Shown here piece by piece: positions 11,624 through 24,231 of a stretch of 64,000 bases of DNA. Both the position numbers and the translations under genes were made by a program. The stretch's first letter is position 1; each line of letters begins with the position of its first letter. The DNA is from Coniocarpon cinnabarinum. Taxonomy: Eukaryota. Location of the stretch: assembly GCA_051942205.1 (NCBI GenBank), contig JAVECO010000014.1:1-64000 (forward strand). Reading direction: 5' to 3'. A model generated the notes under the pieces. It did not search any database. It was not told the DNA's origin and saw only the letters and a program-made list of their open reading frames with translations.

Positions 11624-12223
11624 TCACAACTCCTTCTCCACAGAAGGATAACCCCCCTCCGCTCCCTCCTGAGTCGTCGCAACGCCCTCATCAGGACGAC
11701 CCGTCCCCACCTTGGGCGGATACCATTCCCCTCCCACTTCAATCTGAGGGATACACGTACAGGTCTCCGTCGTCTCAGGGAGATTGGAGAAGACGGTCGG
11801 AATATGCTGCCCGCAGCCGAACCAGGTCGTCTTGTCTACTCTCAATCAGCCCGCCATTCATCATCCTCGCTCTCGAATCTGAACGTGGCAATAAGCCGGG
11901 GAGACAGCGTCTGTGAATGAGACGGCGCTCGTAGTATGCGCTGCGGCGATTCGAAATATCGGAGAGCTGGTGTCGGGTGCACGCAACGACCGCGACAGTT
12001 TCGGGCGACGACTTGGCGCGACGCGGATTGGCGCGCGACGACCGCTCGATCGAGGGATGATGTCTGCAACGGCGGAGACACTTTGTTTCGTTCTCGAACG
12101 GCTGAATCATCGATCTCGATGGCTTAACTTCTCGACACTGACAGTGTGGCGCCCCTCCGCGCGGCAGGAAAAAGAGGAAAACGAGGACTTACGACATGTG
12201 TCACACTCCGTCGCTTTACACAT
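11624..12223 (-). CDS. small (80 aa) Cys-rich protein of the MC..xxCxxC-KxTWxGCGxH type, likely metal-binding
   Basis: 31-nt exon 12223-12193 (MCKATECDTC), intron 12192-11836 (GTAAGT...GCTGAT...TAG), exon 11835-11624: HKTTWFGCGQHIPTVFSNLPETTETCTCIPQIEVGGEWYPPK. Only the second exon appears in the ORF track. Confidence 0.85.
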
Positions 12224-13039
12224 CGCTACCGCAAACAAATACTCGTCTCTCTGATATTCGTCCCTGCTGCGTCGCCTCTCGAGCGTCGCTCACTCTTCAC
12301 CAAGTCTCCAGACGTCCTCCAACCAATCCAGTCTTCCAAAGCCTCTTCAAACGAACAATCCAGTCTCCTAAAGCCTCTTCAAACGACCAATCTTCTGAAG
12401 GATGTCGCTACTTCTCCAAAGAACCACAGCACCACGTCTCGAAGAGAGAGGGCGCGCGGCACCCCTCAAAATGAACGAAACGAGCTAAATACCAGGATCA
12501 AACCTGGATCCCGGGACGTGCAAAAGACCGGACCGAGCCGGACAATGCCGAATTCGATGTCTGAAGGGTTCGCAAAGACTGGCGTCGTTTGATGATTCAG
12601 AGAGCGCAATACACCAGGCTTGATAGCGATCGAGATGCAGAGCTTGGAAAATCAGAGGAGCTTCGATGTTATTGGCGGCCACACCGTTCGGACGCTAGCA
12701 AGTTCACAAATAGCACCCGAGCTAGCAGATCAGCACATACATAAAACCCAGCATTGGCGAATGTACCGAAATAAGAAATATGAGAACAACTCAAAGGCGA
12801 TTCAGCTTAGAGCTTGATCGATACATGGTATTCATCAGGGTATACAAGTATAGCAGTAGTCATCTACCCAACTAACTGCGACTTTTACATCATTGCACCA
12901 CGACGCCGCCCTTTCATATCGTAGACCGTCCATCTCGAGATGCGTCCGTCTCGATGATGCCTTGCGAGTATGCCACAACGCCACGCTAGAAAATGCGACA
13001 ATATTCAGAAAACGGCACTCGGGCATCACATCTCACATC

Positions 13040-15459
13040 TCACTTTGTCGTTCCTTCGCCTCCCGCAGCAGCACCACCAGTAGAAGGCGCTGGCGGATCT
13101 TTCGATCCCGCGGACAGCAAAGTGGGAGCAATTCGACGCTTCTTGGCTTCACCTTCTTTCTCGGTTTCACTGACGCTGCCGCGCTTGCCCAAGACGCTGT
13201 CTCCACCATCAACCTTGGCAGCCGGCACGGCAAACCCATCACTCCCGCTGGCGACGGTGGTCTGCGACTCAGAGGCATTAAGCGGCGTCATTGGTGGCGT
13301 CGGACTCGTCATCGTGGGTAGACTGCTCCCGACCGCCGCAACACTCGGGAGTTTGCCATAAGTCGGCACGGGATTCGCCAGTCCAGGATAGCTGGCCGGC
13401 GTTTGTGGAAAGGACGATTGCGTCGCAATGGAGCTGGCAGAGTTACTGCGAGTCGGAGAAGCTGGCGGTCGTCCTGCTGCTGGTGACGGCGATGTCGCGA
13501 AAGAAGCAATCGATGGCAGTTTCGGAGGTCCTGGGGGAGGTAGCCCTGGTGACTTGGCAGCACCGGTGGGTGTGGGCATGGGTGACGCTGCCAGAGAATT
13601 CGGCGCGACCGTGTTCAGGGATGAGGGATGGGAGATGCGTGTCTGAAGGGAGCCGTGGTATTTGGTGCCGAGCTCACCAGGCGCGAAGGTGATGGCGGAA
13701 GCAAACCCATCCGAACTAGAGATGAGGAGCGTCTCGCCGTCGTTAGACCAAGTAAGGTCAGTGAATGTGGCGTAGTGAAGATTGGAGATGATGCAAAGCG
13801 GTGTCGTCTGTTGGGTATCATAGATGTAAACGGTGTCTTGGGTCGCTACCGCGTAGATGATGCGATAAGGCAAAGAGAAAGCCGGTTTGGGGCCTGCAGA
13901 AGGAGTCGCTGAATCTGGTGAGGTAGGATTGGAAGCTGAGGGTGTGGTACTCGTCGTGTGAATGACTTTGGTCGTGTCCAATGTGGGCGCAGACGTAGGA
14001 GGGTTCTTTGCAACATGGGCTGGCTCTGGAAGAGGAGCGATGTCGTCCTCTTTGCTGGAGGAATCAAAGGTGATGTTTTGTGTTGGCATGGGCAGTCGGT
14101 GATTGTAGACAATGGGTGAGCACCTGACAGCGATGGATGGCTTCTTGTGACCCGGTAAGTGAGCGATGGGCGGTTTGTTCAGACCAGCTCTGCTGTAGAT
14201 ATAGACAGTGTTTGTGACATCGTCGGCCGTCGCTTTCGAATCGTCCGTGGCTGGTTTTGCGGTCTTGTACTGGCCCGCGGGAGTAAAGAGAAGACTCCCG
14301 TCCGGAGCAAATGCAAGACGTCTGAAGAACGAGGTGAGGGTTTCATTCGCGTAGATGTTGGTGTTTTTCATGCCAATGTTCGCGTACGGGACTGGGGAGC
14401 TGGCGGGCATGACTGCTGGAAGAGGCATAGCAGGCGCTGGAGAGGCTGATCTTCTCAGAGATGGAGAGGCGTTGTCAATCGAAGATCGTCGACTGCGTGA
14501 GATGGTCGCTGGAGGATTCATGGGAAGTGCGAGGGAGTGAGGCGTGCCGGGTGCAGACGGAGCCGGGGAAGAGACTCGATTGGAAGTGTTGGACGCTGAT
14601 CTGGCTCGGCTGTGTCCAAACTCGGAGGGAGCTGGACTGTTGGATGGTCTCCGACGGGGCGGGAGGTCCATACGGGAGATTCGTCCATGCTGTGACAAAG
14701 AGAATTGGCCGTCTGTCGTCTTCAAGGAGTAGACATGAACTGAACGATCAGAGGACTGCGTTGCCAGGTACTCATTCAAGGGGTCCCAAGCGACGCCCTG
14801 AACGTAGTGATTGTGTTCGGCAATCTGTCGAACGATTGTGCCTAAATTCAAGGGTGGTCAGAATGAGTGCAGAACAATCGAGATGCTTTGATGCTCTACC
14901 TGTCTCGGCGCTGAAGATCCTCGCAACATTGTCCATGCTCCCAGTGACAAAAAAGGCTCCGTCCGGAGACCATGCCAGGTCGTATATCTCGGCACCAGAG
15001 GTCGAACGACACATTCTCTTGACGACCCACGTCTCCTTGTCGTCTGCGTGCTCTTCACCCAAGTGGGACGGCCCGTGGTCCGAAGGCACCCAGAGGAGCA
15101 CGTTTCCATCGTCACCGGCGCTGGCCAGCATTTCACCTAGCTAAAGTCAGATGCGTAGAATTGCTTTGTTGCCCACAGACACATACCACGCGGGGACCAA
15201 CGGACGACATTGACGGCTTGAGTGTGCCTGGTGAGCGTAGAGAGGTAGGTGACCTCTTGGTCTCCGCCAGAGCCATTGAGCTTCCAGAGCTGCGCCAGTA
15301 AGCACAAGAAGCTGCACGGAAAGAGCAGGTGTTACGCACGCGAACATTGTTGTCGCCACCAGCAGATGCAAGCCTCCCTTTTCCGCCGTGCTCAAACTGG
15401 ACGGAGTAAATGGGAGCGCTGTCGTTGTGCCACGCTACGAGCAACGGAGCAGCTTTCAT
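13040..15459 (-). CDS. CAC2: chromatin assembly factor 1 subunit B (p60), WD40 protein
   Basis: Exons 15459-15340, 15289-15187, 15136-14900, 14841-13040. Motifs LASAGGDNNVRLW, HTQAVNVVRWSP, EIYDLAWSPDG, HNHYVQGVAWDPLNEYLATQSSDRSV, SFFRRLAFAPDG; C-terminal KKRRIAPT B-like motif. Confidence 0.95.
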
Positions 15460-16269
15460 GGTGGGCAGCGGACGTGACTCGCATCACAGAGGGGAGTGTG
15501 ACAGAAGGAAGTGAAAGCGGCGTGTTGGTGAATGTGAGCAAAGGGAGAGCACGGCCAGACAGAGTCAGGGCAACTGGCACATGGTGGTCTGAGCAAGAAA
15601 AAGAAGAACCAGGGACAGGTCATCGACGGGGGAGGTGTGGGAAGGCTGGTCAGTGTGTCAGTGCCCGTGGCCTGAGACTGAGGGCACTCAAGGCCACTGG
15701 AGGGGCTCAAGCTTCTCGTTCCCGTACAACAACCTACCTCCTCCACTCCACTACGTGACGACTCCTCGACGCCCTGCATTTGACCGCGTCGCTTTGCCCG
15801 CTTCACCTGGCAACGCGGTCCGCCACTTGCCGGGGACGTGTCATGGTCCCATCTGCATCGAATGAAGCTGGCTGTGACTGCGCAAGTCGCCGCATGGATC
15901 GGGTCCCAGCGCGTCAAGCATGGTCCTCAATCTGCCGTAGGCCTGCTGCGTCTGTAGTGCGTGTCAGCTGGCTTCCCCCCCTCCAGCCTGTCTAGCCTTG
16001 CTTGTCTTTCCCATCGCCTGATTGGGTCCAAGAGCGAGGCTCGCTGTCCATTCTGAGAAGTTTCGCGTTCGAAAAGAGCAAAGCCTTGTCCCGGTTAGAT
16101 TGCACGTACAGGCTGAAAGGCGATTCACTTCTGCCCTCGCTCCCCCAATGAATCACGTGGGGTGAGGTCTTCCCCGACGCCATCAACGCCAGCGCTAAGG
16201 AAAACAGCCACAAGAACAACAACGACGACCCTTTGAACCCGCCAAGGCGTCTACGGTCTGCGTGCGTGA

Positions 16270-17858
16270 TCATGGATGCGAGTCCACAACCCACTTGGCC
16301 TCTTTCAATACCCCCTCGCCTCCCTTCTCCAGGTCGATGCCAAACACCAGAAACTGTCCGTCGCTCGTCACCACCATGACCTCCGGTGCATTGCGGCTCA
16401 TTGCCACAATGCTCTTCATGGCTCCTTGCGCGCCTCCGCGGCTCACATCGCCCGATGCAATGCCTGGTCCTGCCGGCGCTCGTGGCACTTTGAACCATGC
16501 AAAGTCTCGCGCTGGCTCCAGCATCTGATTCACGCTGGTGGGCAGGTACCCTGCAGCCAGACCTGCAAAGGACTTTGCCGCGGTCTGAGAAGTACGCCGC
16601 AAGTAGCCTGCAAATCCGCCTGCCGCATCACGCCCACTGATGTCTGCATCGGGTTGATCGTAGGCACCAGAAGCGGCAAGCTGCTCGTCGTCGACGTCGC
16701 TTGTGGCGCCGAGGCTGCTCGAGCTGCGAGTCCGCGAATGCCTGCCAGAGGTCGGTGACCCGGGCGCACTGCCTGACTTGTCCGTGCTGGAACCTTCTCC
16801 ATCCGAAACTTTGAAGACGTGCACCGTCTCAGAAGCTGAACCCACCGCGAGGAGAGTGCCAGTGGCATTGAAAGCCATGCTGAAGATGCGGGTAGGCATG
16901 GACCCGCGTCGGAACTGCGCCAGTTTTCGACCCTCTGGCACGCTGAACACTCGGATGATGGTCCCTTTATCGGACGCTGTTGCGAGTTTCGTGCCAGACG
17001 AGTCGAAGGTGATATAAGAGAGGGGAGACAAGTGGGCCTCGATGACCGTCAACGGCTCCAGATCGACCGCATCAAAAATTAGCACATGACCGGGTGGGTT
17101 CTGCGTTTGATTCTGATGGCCCTGAGAGGTCGGGGGGACATGCGCGGGTGGTGGGGTGTAAGGACTCTGAGTAGATGGCTGCGGTAATGGGTACGCTAGG
17201 TAGACGGGCGATTGTGCAGGACTCAGTGCGCAGAGGCCTGTAGTCTGTCAGCCATCTTGTTCATAGACCAGCCACGAGCAGCTCCACAGCGCCCTGAATG
17301 GCTTCATGAAACCGAGCAGCGCGTACCATGAGGATTCGGAGAGGTATCAATGGTGTGCACCAGTTTCATGTTGCTGATATCATAGAGGTATATTTGATCC
17401 TCCAGCACCACCACCAGACGCTTCCGATTCAGTCGTACATTCAGGATCGTAGTCGGGAAAGTGAGCTCGCAAATGGTAGTACCCCTCTAGTATCAATGTG
17501 CCATCAGCATCCTCTTCCAATGTCTTGTGCTTGTGATGGTGTCCTCCTCTTAATGCCATTGTCCTTGCGTGTCTCGTGGATTTCTTCTGCGGGATGTGCT
17601 CACTTGCGTATTTGTGATGACCAGCCGTCTGGGACTGAGCACTGAAGCAACGAGTGACGTGGAGAAGAGCATCTCCAAAAGCGCAATGTCCCCTCTTGTT
17701 GTCTCATGACGTTTCGCAAATGGTTCTGTGTAGAATATGCGGAAGCCATTGGAGGTCCCTATCATGCGTCAGAGGAAGTCTCGTCACGATGTTGTGCTCT
17801 CCGTACCAACGGCTAGATTACTGTAGTCCTGGTTGAAGGTCACATAGTTCAGAGCCAT
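16270..17858 (-). CDS. ATG18: autophagy PROPPIN (WIPI/Atg18) beta-propeller
   Basis: Exons 17858-17807, 17758-17604, 17486-17327, 17237-16270. Motifs [36 protein letters not shown] and the FRRG phosphoinositide motif. The last few codons are uncertain (possible further intron after ...EAK). Confidence 0.93.
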
Positions 17859-18304
17859 GCTAGTGTCCGCAACAAGTTGCGGAGCTCTGGGATGGAGCTC
17901 CTTGTTGTCGCCGGGTGTCAAGGGACTCTGAGCAGAAACTTGAGCAATAGGTTTCGCCGAAGGCGACGCATTGAAAGGTGCAAGGCGCTGTCGCTCGATG
18001 TAACAATTCAGAGATCGACAAGGATGCTGGCGTGGCCGGGTCCAGTTGGCAGAAGTGCGTGCGACCCGCAATCAGATGAAGTTTGGCAAGTTCTGCAAGG
18101 CACCAGGTCACGGGCTTTTCTTGATAAGATACCAAGTTCTGCAAAGAAACAATGTCGTTGCATGCTACGATGTCCGACATGAAGACAATGCAATTGTAAC
18201 GGTTCGCTTTATATAAGGACCGCTTTTTGATAGAACTCTAGCACAGGACAACACCATCCAAATGCGATCGTACAGTCGTGCCTCCATGATGATCGTATAC
18301 TTTT

Positions 18305-21300
18305 TCATCCTCTCCATGCGAGCTCCTCCTCCACAGGCATAGGCGTGACAGGCATCAAATCGTCCTTTAGAAATCGATTATCCTGAACGCCGTCGCGAAC
18401 AGGCTGAGCCATGTCCTCATTCGTAGTTGAACGTGTCTCTTCCTTAGACAATGTCGGACTTCGTGCTGCTTCAGCTCCTACACCACCATCGTCTTGCGTG
18501 TCTGCAGGAGCGTTGGCTTTCGCCTTCCCCTTCCTCACCGCATCTCGTTGGCGCATGAGCTCCAAGTCTGCTTGAACGACAGCGCTTCTTTTCTTCTCCA
18601 CTTCTTCTCGCTTCACCACCTTTCTCAAAGCTTCGCTAGCGCGGATCAAACCATCAATACTTATCGCGTGATCCGTCATCCTACCATTGATGTACGCGTA
18701 GACTTCAGCGGGGCTTTCGCACGTCAGGAGTTGCTTCTCATTCAACTTGAGCAGAGCTAGCGCGACTTCGAAAAGGAAAATGGCGCCTCCTCCAGCATCG
18801 GCAGGGGTACACAGCATGACGTCCCAAACACGAAACAGCGCCTCTGCCGAGAGACAGTCAGTGAACACCGAGAGGAACCATTGAAAGGTTAGGGCCTCAA
18901 GGTCAACGCTGAGGTTCTCGAGATGAGCCGATAGGTTGGGCAGCACAGTTCCAACGTATTGTCGAAGCACAGCTTGGTCGGCTCTAGACGTGAGTAGACT
19001 ATGATCGTAATACTTGTCTGGAAGGATCCTTTCGATGAGCGTCGCAAGCATCCAAAATGCATCTTCGGCGGTAGGCATAATCAAGAGCAAGTTCGCCGTA
19101 ATCAAGTTCATGCCTTGACAATAGCCCACCTCTGGGTTGCGCAACGAGTACGCGAGCAGAACTTCCGAAAGTTTTGCCATGCCATCACCTTGGCGGAAAT
19201 AGATGTTGTCGGTAAGGGTTCTTGGAATATCCATGGCTATTTGCTGAACGATGACTTCGTCATGAGATGTAGTCCGCACCATCTCGTCGTAGTATCCAGG
19301 CACTCGAGAAGACAATGCGCCCGAACACTCGGCCCATACCTTAGGCCTGAGCGAGATAGGAATGCCGCCCAACAATAGATTCTTGAACTCGAGCCACTTG
19401 GCTCGACCTGCCTTCCCTTCGTTACCGAGACTCGTAACGCCGATGATCTCCCCGTCCATCCACGAAGCTTCAGGGAGTGCATTGAGGTTCTTAGCTCGGC
19501 GCTCGTTAGTATGTGCTTCACCTTGCCTTCTGCGATCAGCGCCGACTTTTTTCAAAAAGTCTTTCCAACGTGCCTCCTTCTCGCGTTGTGATGCATCATG
19601 AATATCAGTGAGCTGATCCAAGAGAACCTTGACAGCGTCGACAGATTGCATTTCCTCGGAAACAGCAGTTGCATCACCGCCGTTTTCAGCAGCTTGGGCA
19701 AATTCCGCATCGCCAGAGATGACTTGTGACGGTGCCGGCGAGGGAGTTGAAGAAGGTGCAATGATGGATCCGTGCCGAGAAACCTTGATTTGCGGTTGTC
19801 GTGTATCGTCTGTGGCGTCGTTTCCAGTGATGATGTTAGTAGTGGGGGCTACAGAAGGAGTGTGAGAAAGCAATTCCGTAGAAAGGCCGGAGATCTTCAG
19901 GTAGTCTTGCCATCGCTTTGGCGCCTGCGTCTCAGCAGTGACATCTGCCGCAATCGGTGAGCTTTGCGAGGCGTCGAGAATTTCGCCACTTCGCTGACTT
20001 CTGATGCTGGCTGTATCTCCTTCACCGGTGGGGAGAGAGGCCCATGACCGACGATGATTCTCCAAAGTCTCCACACGGCTTCCTCGTTTGCTTCGGTCTC
20101 TGTTGTGAGTCAACACGTTTTGTCTCAGACGCCGACGTTGATCATAGATAAAGCCGTATCGATCTGTCAAAATTTCAGCCGATCCGGCTTGTGCTTCATA
20201 AGGAATCAATGTGGGTGGTCTGCTATGACCAGGAAGTATTGTATCCATTTCCATTGGGCCTGGCGTGACTGCTGGTCGAGTATTTGTTTCAAGCGGACTA
20301 GTAGACGCAGCAGCAGCCAGCGGGCTTCGAGCATCGTTCCTAGTTTGATTTACGGAAGTGTTGAGGTACGTGCCATTTTTGGACTCCACAGCATTTGAAG
20401 TATTGACAGTTGGCTTCGACGCGTCATTGTCCATGACTGTCTTTTTCTGAGCGCCTGATGAGGCTCTAGATCTCGGTTTTACCTGAGTCGATAATGTTTT
20501 TTCGTTGATCTTAGGGTCCTGGGAGGTAGCTTTGCCACCTACTAGACGAGTTGCCCAGGAAGCAAGAGAGTTGGCTGACTTACTGGATGCTGCATCGCTG
20601 GCATCATTCGCGGAGGTCGTTACTTTATCGGCTTTATTGTCGGCGACAGAGGATTTCCTGGACGACATGCCACTGTAGTGCTCATTAGAAGCCTTGAAGG
20701 TGCTGGTGGTCAGTCCCCGCTTCTTGAGGTTGGCTTGACTTGCAGTGTGAATCCTCAAAAGTCGCTCCTGCGCCGACACGGTGCGGTTGAGCGGGGTACG
20801 AACTGTGCTTTGATTCTCGTTGTCGTTATTCTGGCCACTAAAGAAACCTCTCCAGCCCCTGCTTGTGCTTTTCTTTCGAATGGTGGCGCTATTATGACGC
20901 GATAATTCAGCGGATACACGCCTCCCAGGGGTTGTTGCACTTGTACTGTCTCCCTTGGAAACAAGGTGTGGCTCAGTATCTCCGGGTCGTGTTTCGTGCC
21001 CGCTTAACATTTCAGCAAAGGCTTCAGTAATCTGTTCGCCGATGCTGTTTTCGGACTGGAGGCTGGGACGACCATTGTCTGCCGACCGTGTAGTCTTTGG
21101 ATTTTGGCGCTGAGCGAGTTGCTCCTCTTCGAGCTCTTTTAGTCGATTTTCAATCTTCAAGTTGGATACATCACATTCCCGCAACATTTTTCGCAGAAGA
21201 CGCTCACGCTCTCCAGCACGTCGTTGCAGAAGAGTAATTTGAGCATCTCGTTGAGCCAAATCTTCAGCCATCTGTTTGACCAGGGGCACCGCGCCTATTC

Positions 21301-21730
21301 TTCGTATCAAGTGTTCCAGGTGTTTTTGACTTTGAAGATGGAGCGTCCCTGGCACGTTGCGGACTTTCTTGGGCGTGTCTTCGAATAAGGCAGACCTGTC
21401 TCCATGACTGTGCGTACCAGCAAACAATCCGTCCAGTGGCCGACTTTGGGAAACATTTTGCGCGACCTCATTTTCGTCCTCGGGCACTGACAAGGAATGG
21501 AATCGCTGGGCAGAAGATGGAGTGTCGATTGGGGAGTTGGCCAATGACGGAGACAGTGATGGAAACGAGGTCAGACTGCTTTCCTCAGTATTGGAAGGTG
21601 TCCCTGGCCTTCTGGCATCTTGTGGCAAGGGCTTGGTTCGTAGCGTGCCCGCTCTTACGCTCGTCGTCCTCGAAGAGTTGGATGACTTCCTTGATGGCTT
21701 GGGTGATCGGTCCCGCTCACCCGCTGCCAT
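18305..21730 (-). CDS. TBC-domain Rab GTPase-activating protein (~1140 aa)
   Basis: GIPISLRPKVW, QIAMDIPRT (IxxDxxR arginine finger), GYCQGMN (YxQ glutamine finger), FQWFLSVF, LFRVWD; N-terminal coiled coil. First ATG at 21730. Confidence 0.93.
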   Translation of the reverse strand: MAAGERDRSPKPSRKSSNSSRTTSVRAGTLRTKPLPQDARRPGTPSNTEESSLTSFPSLSPSLANSPIDTPSSAQRFHSLSVPEDENEVAQNVSQSRPLDGLFAGTHSHGDRSALFEDTPKKVRNVPGTLHLQSQKHLEHLIRRIGAVPLVKQMAEDLAQRDAQITLLQRRAGERERLLRKMLRECDVSNLKIENRLKELEEEQLAQRQNPKTTRSADNGRPSLQSENSIGEQITEAFAEMLSGHETRPGDTEPHLVSKGDSTSATTPGRRVSAELSRHNSATIRKKSTSRGWRGFFSGQNNDNENQSTVRTPLNRTVSAQERLLRIHTASQANLKKRGLTTSTFKASNEHYSGMSSRKSSVADNKADKVTTSANDASDAASSKSANSLASWATRLVGGKATSQDPKINEKTLSTQVKPRSRASSGAQKKTVMDNDASKPTVNTSNAVESKNGTYLNTSVNQTRNDARSPLAAAASTSPLETNTRPAVTPGPMEMDTILPGHSRPPTLIPYEAQAGSAEILTDRYGFIYDQRRRLRQNVLTHNRDRSKRGSRVETLENHRRSWASLPTGEGDTASIRSQRSGEILDASQSSPIAADVTAETQAPKRWQDYLKISGLSTELLSHTPSVAPTTNIITGNDATDDTRQPQIKVSRHGSIIAPSSTPSPAPSQVISGDAEFAQAAENGGDATAVSEEMQSVDAVKVLLDQLTDIHDASQREKEARWKDFLKKVGADRRRQGEAHTNERRAKNLNALPEASWMDGEIIGVTSLGNEGKAGRAKWLEFKNLLLGGIPISLRPKVWAECSGALSSRVPGYYDEMVRTTSHDEVIVQQIAMDIPRTLTDNIYFRQGDGMAKLSEVLLAYSLRNPEVGYCQGMNLITANLLLIMPTAEDAFWMLATLIERILPDKYYDHSLLTSRADQAVLRQYVGTVLPNLSAHLENLSVDLEALTFQWFLSVFTDCLSAEALFRVWDVMLCTPADAGGGAIFLFEVALALLKLNEKQLLTCESPAEVYAYINGRMTDHAISIDGLIRASEALRKVVKREEVEKKRSAVVQADLELMRQRDAVRKGKAKANAPADTQDDGGVGAEAARSPTLSKEETRSTTNEDMAQPVRDGVQDNRFLKDDLMPVTPMPVEEELAWRG

Positions 21731-22122
21731 TGTGAAAACCCTAGGGCACACGATCTCATCACTGTTCGCATTGCTTCGAGGGTGTCCGCGACTAATTTGT
21801 TAGAGGTACAAAAACAATTAATTCACATCCATCGTCATCAGTGCGCGTCTGGTACGCGTCTCTAGGGCAGGGTAGCGTGATCTCCCATGCGAAAAAGGTT
21901 CTCAAAGCATATGTAGCATCCAGAGAATTTCCGTTCTTGCAATCATTCGTATCTTCCCAGCCGCACTTAATGATATCGTTGGTATACCGCATAAGACATC
22001 ATCTACAATGCAATGACAAGCTACTTCCTTCGGACCTGAAGTAACCTCCGGTGTGAGTGCAGCACTTGAAGGCCCACCAGCCAGGTCTTGAAATCCAGGA
22101 TGAAGCCACCCAGAGATAGACC

Positions 22123-24231
22123 ATGTCCTCGAGTCGACACTCGCCAGCTTTCTCGCAAGCAGTCATAGCGGTCTTGACTTTTGCCGGCGTCGTTGCCGGC
22201 CTTGCAGCGTTCTACACTTACCGTCAAAACGATCATGAAGCATCAAGAGCTGCGCAAAACCTGGGATTGCAACGTGCTGGAGCTATACGTCGGCCTCGCA
22301 GGCCTCCTGAAAGCCAATCTTCCGTGAATCCACAACCAGAAATCGGCAACGAGCTTGTCACATTGGACGGTGCTGTGTCGGAGCATGAAGGACAGCGCAA
22401 TGGAATCGATGGTGGCATCGAGGCAAGAGAGCATGACGCTGAAACAGAACACTCCATACCAGATGAGGATGCGGCTCAGGTCGCCGAAAATCAGAGCACT
22501 GAGTCCAAGCTTAAGGAACTGACATACTTCATAGCCCAAAACCGAGAGCTAGAGTGTGGGATAGTGCATAGGGGTATTACCTGCGATTCTTGCCACACTA
22601 GGCCTATCCGTGGGGTGCGGTATCGCTGCGCAAACTGCGAAGATTATGACCTTTGCGAGCTTTGCGAAGCGGCAAGCGACCATCCCCGCACGCATGTCTT
22701 CTACAAGATTCGAGTACCTTGTTTCTGGGGACCTGGAAAAGCTGAGCCGGTGTGGTACCCAGGTACACCACACAAAATGCCTCATGAGCTACCCGATGAA
22801 CTCTTGCATGAAGGCGTAGAAGCATTCGCGGCCATCGGCTTACATGAAGCGACCGAGGCCAAGGTCAAAGGCCTGTACGTCCAATTCACGTGCCTTGCAG
22901 ACACGGCCCTAAGGGCCGCCCAAGAAAGAGATCCTATCGGCTATGGTATCACGCCAGCGAACTTTCGGTACCTGCTTCCAGTGACCCAGCGAGGAGCGCT
23001 TGTGATGAATCGGCTGTTCGCTATTCTTGATGAAGATAAAGATCGGCTTCTTTCGTTTTCCGAATTTATACGAGGGACCGTCTTGATCCTGCATCGAAGA
23101 AAGCACCCTAAGTACCGGTCTCTATTATTTAAAGCTTGGGACCTGGATGAGGACGGCTTTGTCAGTCGTCAAGACCTCTTGAGACTGTTCGACAGTATGC
23201 ATGAAATCGCAGAAGATATCAGCATATGTCACTTGAAGCTCTATGACGACTCAGACGATCAACGACGAATCCAAGAGGGCAGAACCCTCCGCGATCATTT
23301 GGAAAGCACAAAACCTCTGCCTAATTTTTTCAGCACAGCATACCTCGATCAACTGCATCTGCATCGTGTGGAAGGCGCGATGTTTAACCAGCTGACAGGA
23401 AATTCCAGCCTACCGAATGACGATGGTGGCGGAAGGGTTCTATTTCAGGACAGTCCGATGTTTGACAGCAGCCGCACCGAGACTGTAGACGACGATCTTG
23501 CTACTCCTGCCGCTCAATACATCCACAAGCATCTTCGATCTGCGTTCAATGAAGTGGTGGATAACATTTGCGGATATTTGGAGCAGCGGTTTGCCTGCAC
23601 GAAGAGACGCAGGCCCTTTCGAATGCGACATGCCAGGTTTCTCGACCAAATTCGAGTCAAGAAAATCGCATTGGCTGGACGATTTCTCCCTGATGTTCCT
23701 GAGGAGTCCTTCGATCGAACATTGTTCACACACTCACATCCAGACTCTGAAAGTTTAAGGGGTGAAATAGCGCTCACTTCCGTAGATTGGCAAACGATCG
23801 AGGACTGCCTGGGTATCAACGCCCTCGAGCTGGTCTGTGAAACGATCGATGCTGTCTACAGCGACTCACGTTCTCGTAATGGATTTATTCAAGACCTTCG
23901 CAACATGCTGGAAGACCCAAGCGCAATTGGAGAATGGGATAAAAGCGTGGAATTTCAAGAAGCATGGGCTCGGCACCAAGCAGCGTCGTGGAATCCCAGT
24001 TTTCGACACAATACCCTGGACATATATCCTGGGCTATTGCTTCCAGTGCTGTCACCCTTGATGGAGGATCTTGCTTTCGAGCACTACGCTGAGCGCCCTG
24101 AGAAATGGCTGAATGGAGAGCTGACCGAGTCAGCATTTTGGAACCTTGCTCAAAAGGCAGCGCAGCAGCGCGGTGGTGATGATTTGGACTACATTCCCAT
24201 GCTTGATGTCCTTGGCTTGGTGGTGATCTAG
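22123..24231 (+). CDS. ZZ-type zinc finger / EF-hand protein with N-terminal membrane anchor
   Basis: Hydrophobic segment AVIAVLTFAGVVAGLAAFY; ZZ motif HRGITCDSC...RYRCANCEDYDLCELCE...H..TH; EF-hand loops DEDKDRLLSFSEF and DLDEDGFVSRQDL. Confidence 0.9.
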   Translation: MSSSRHSPAFSQAVIAVLTFAGVVAGLAAFYTYRQNDHEASRAAQNLGLQRAGAIRRPRRPPESQSSVNPQPEIGNELVTLDGAVSEHEGQRNGIDGGIEAREHDAETEHSIPDEDAAQVAENQSTESKLKELTYFIAQNRELECGIVHRGITCDSCHTRPIRGVRYRCANCEDYDLCELCEAASDHPRTHVFYKIRVPCFWGPGKAEPVWYPGTPHKMPHELPDELLHEGVEAFAAIGLHEATEAKVKGLYVQFTCLADTALRAAQERDPIGYGITPANFRYLLPVTQRGALVMNRLFAILDEDKDRLLSFSEFIRGTVLILHRRKHPKYRSLLFKAWDLDEDGFVSRQDLLRLFDSMHEIAEDISICHLKLYDDSDDQRRIQEGRTLRDHLESTKPLPNFFSTAYLDQLHLHRVEGAMFNQLTGNSSLPNDDGGGRVLFQDSPMFDSSRTETVDDDLATPAAQYIHKHLRSAFNEVVDNICGYLEQRFACTKRRRPFRMRHARFLDQIRVKKIALAGRFLPDVPEESFDRTLFTHSHPDSESLRGEIALTSVDWQTIEDCLGINALELVCETIDAVYSDSRSRNGFIQDLRNMLEDPSAIGEWDKSVEFQEAWARHQAASWNPSFRHNTLDIYPGLLLPVLSPLMEDLAFEHYAERPEKWLNGELTESAFWNLAQKAAQQRGGDDLDYIPMLDVLGLVVI

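Noticed and set aside
11836..11870. C-box-like GATGATGA and CTGA in the 357-nt intron (snoRNA?)
   Set aside because: The boxes are only ~10 nt apart and the CTGA is the branch site; no room for a C/D snoRNA.
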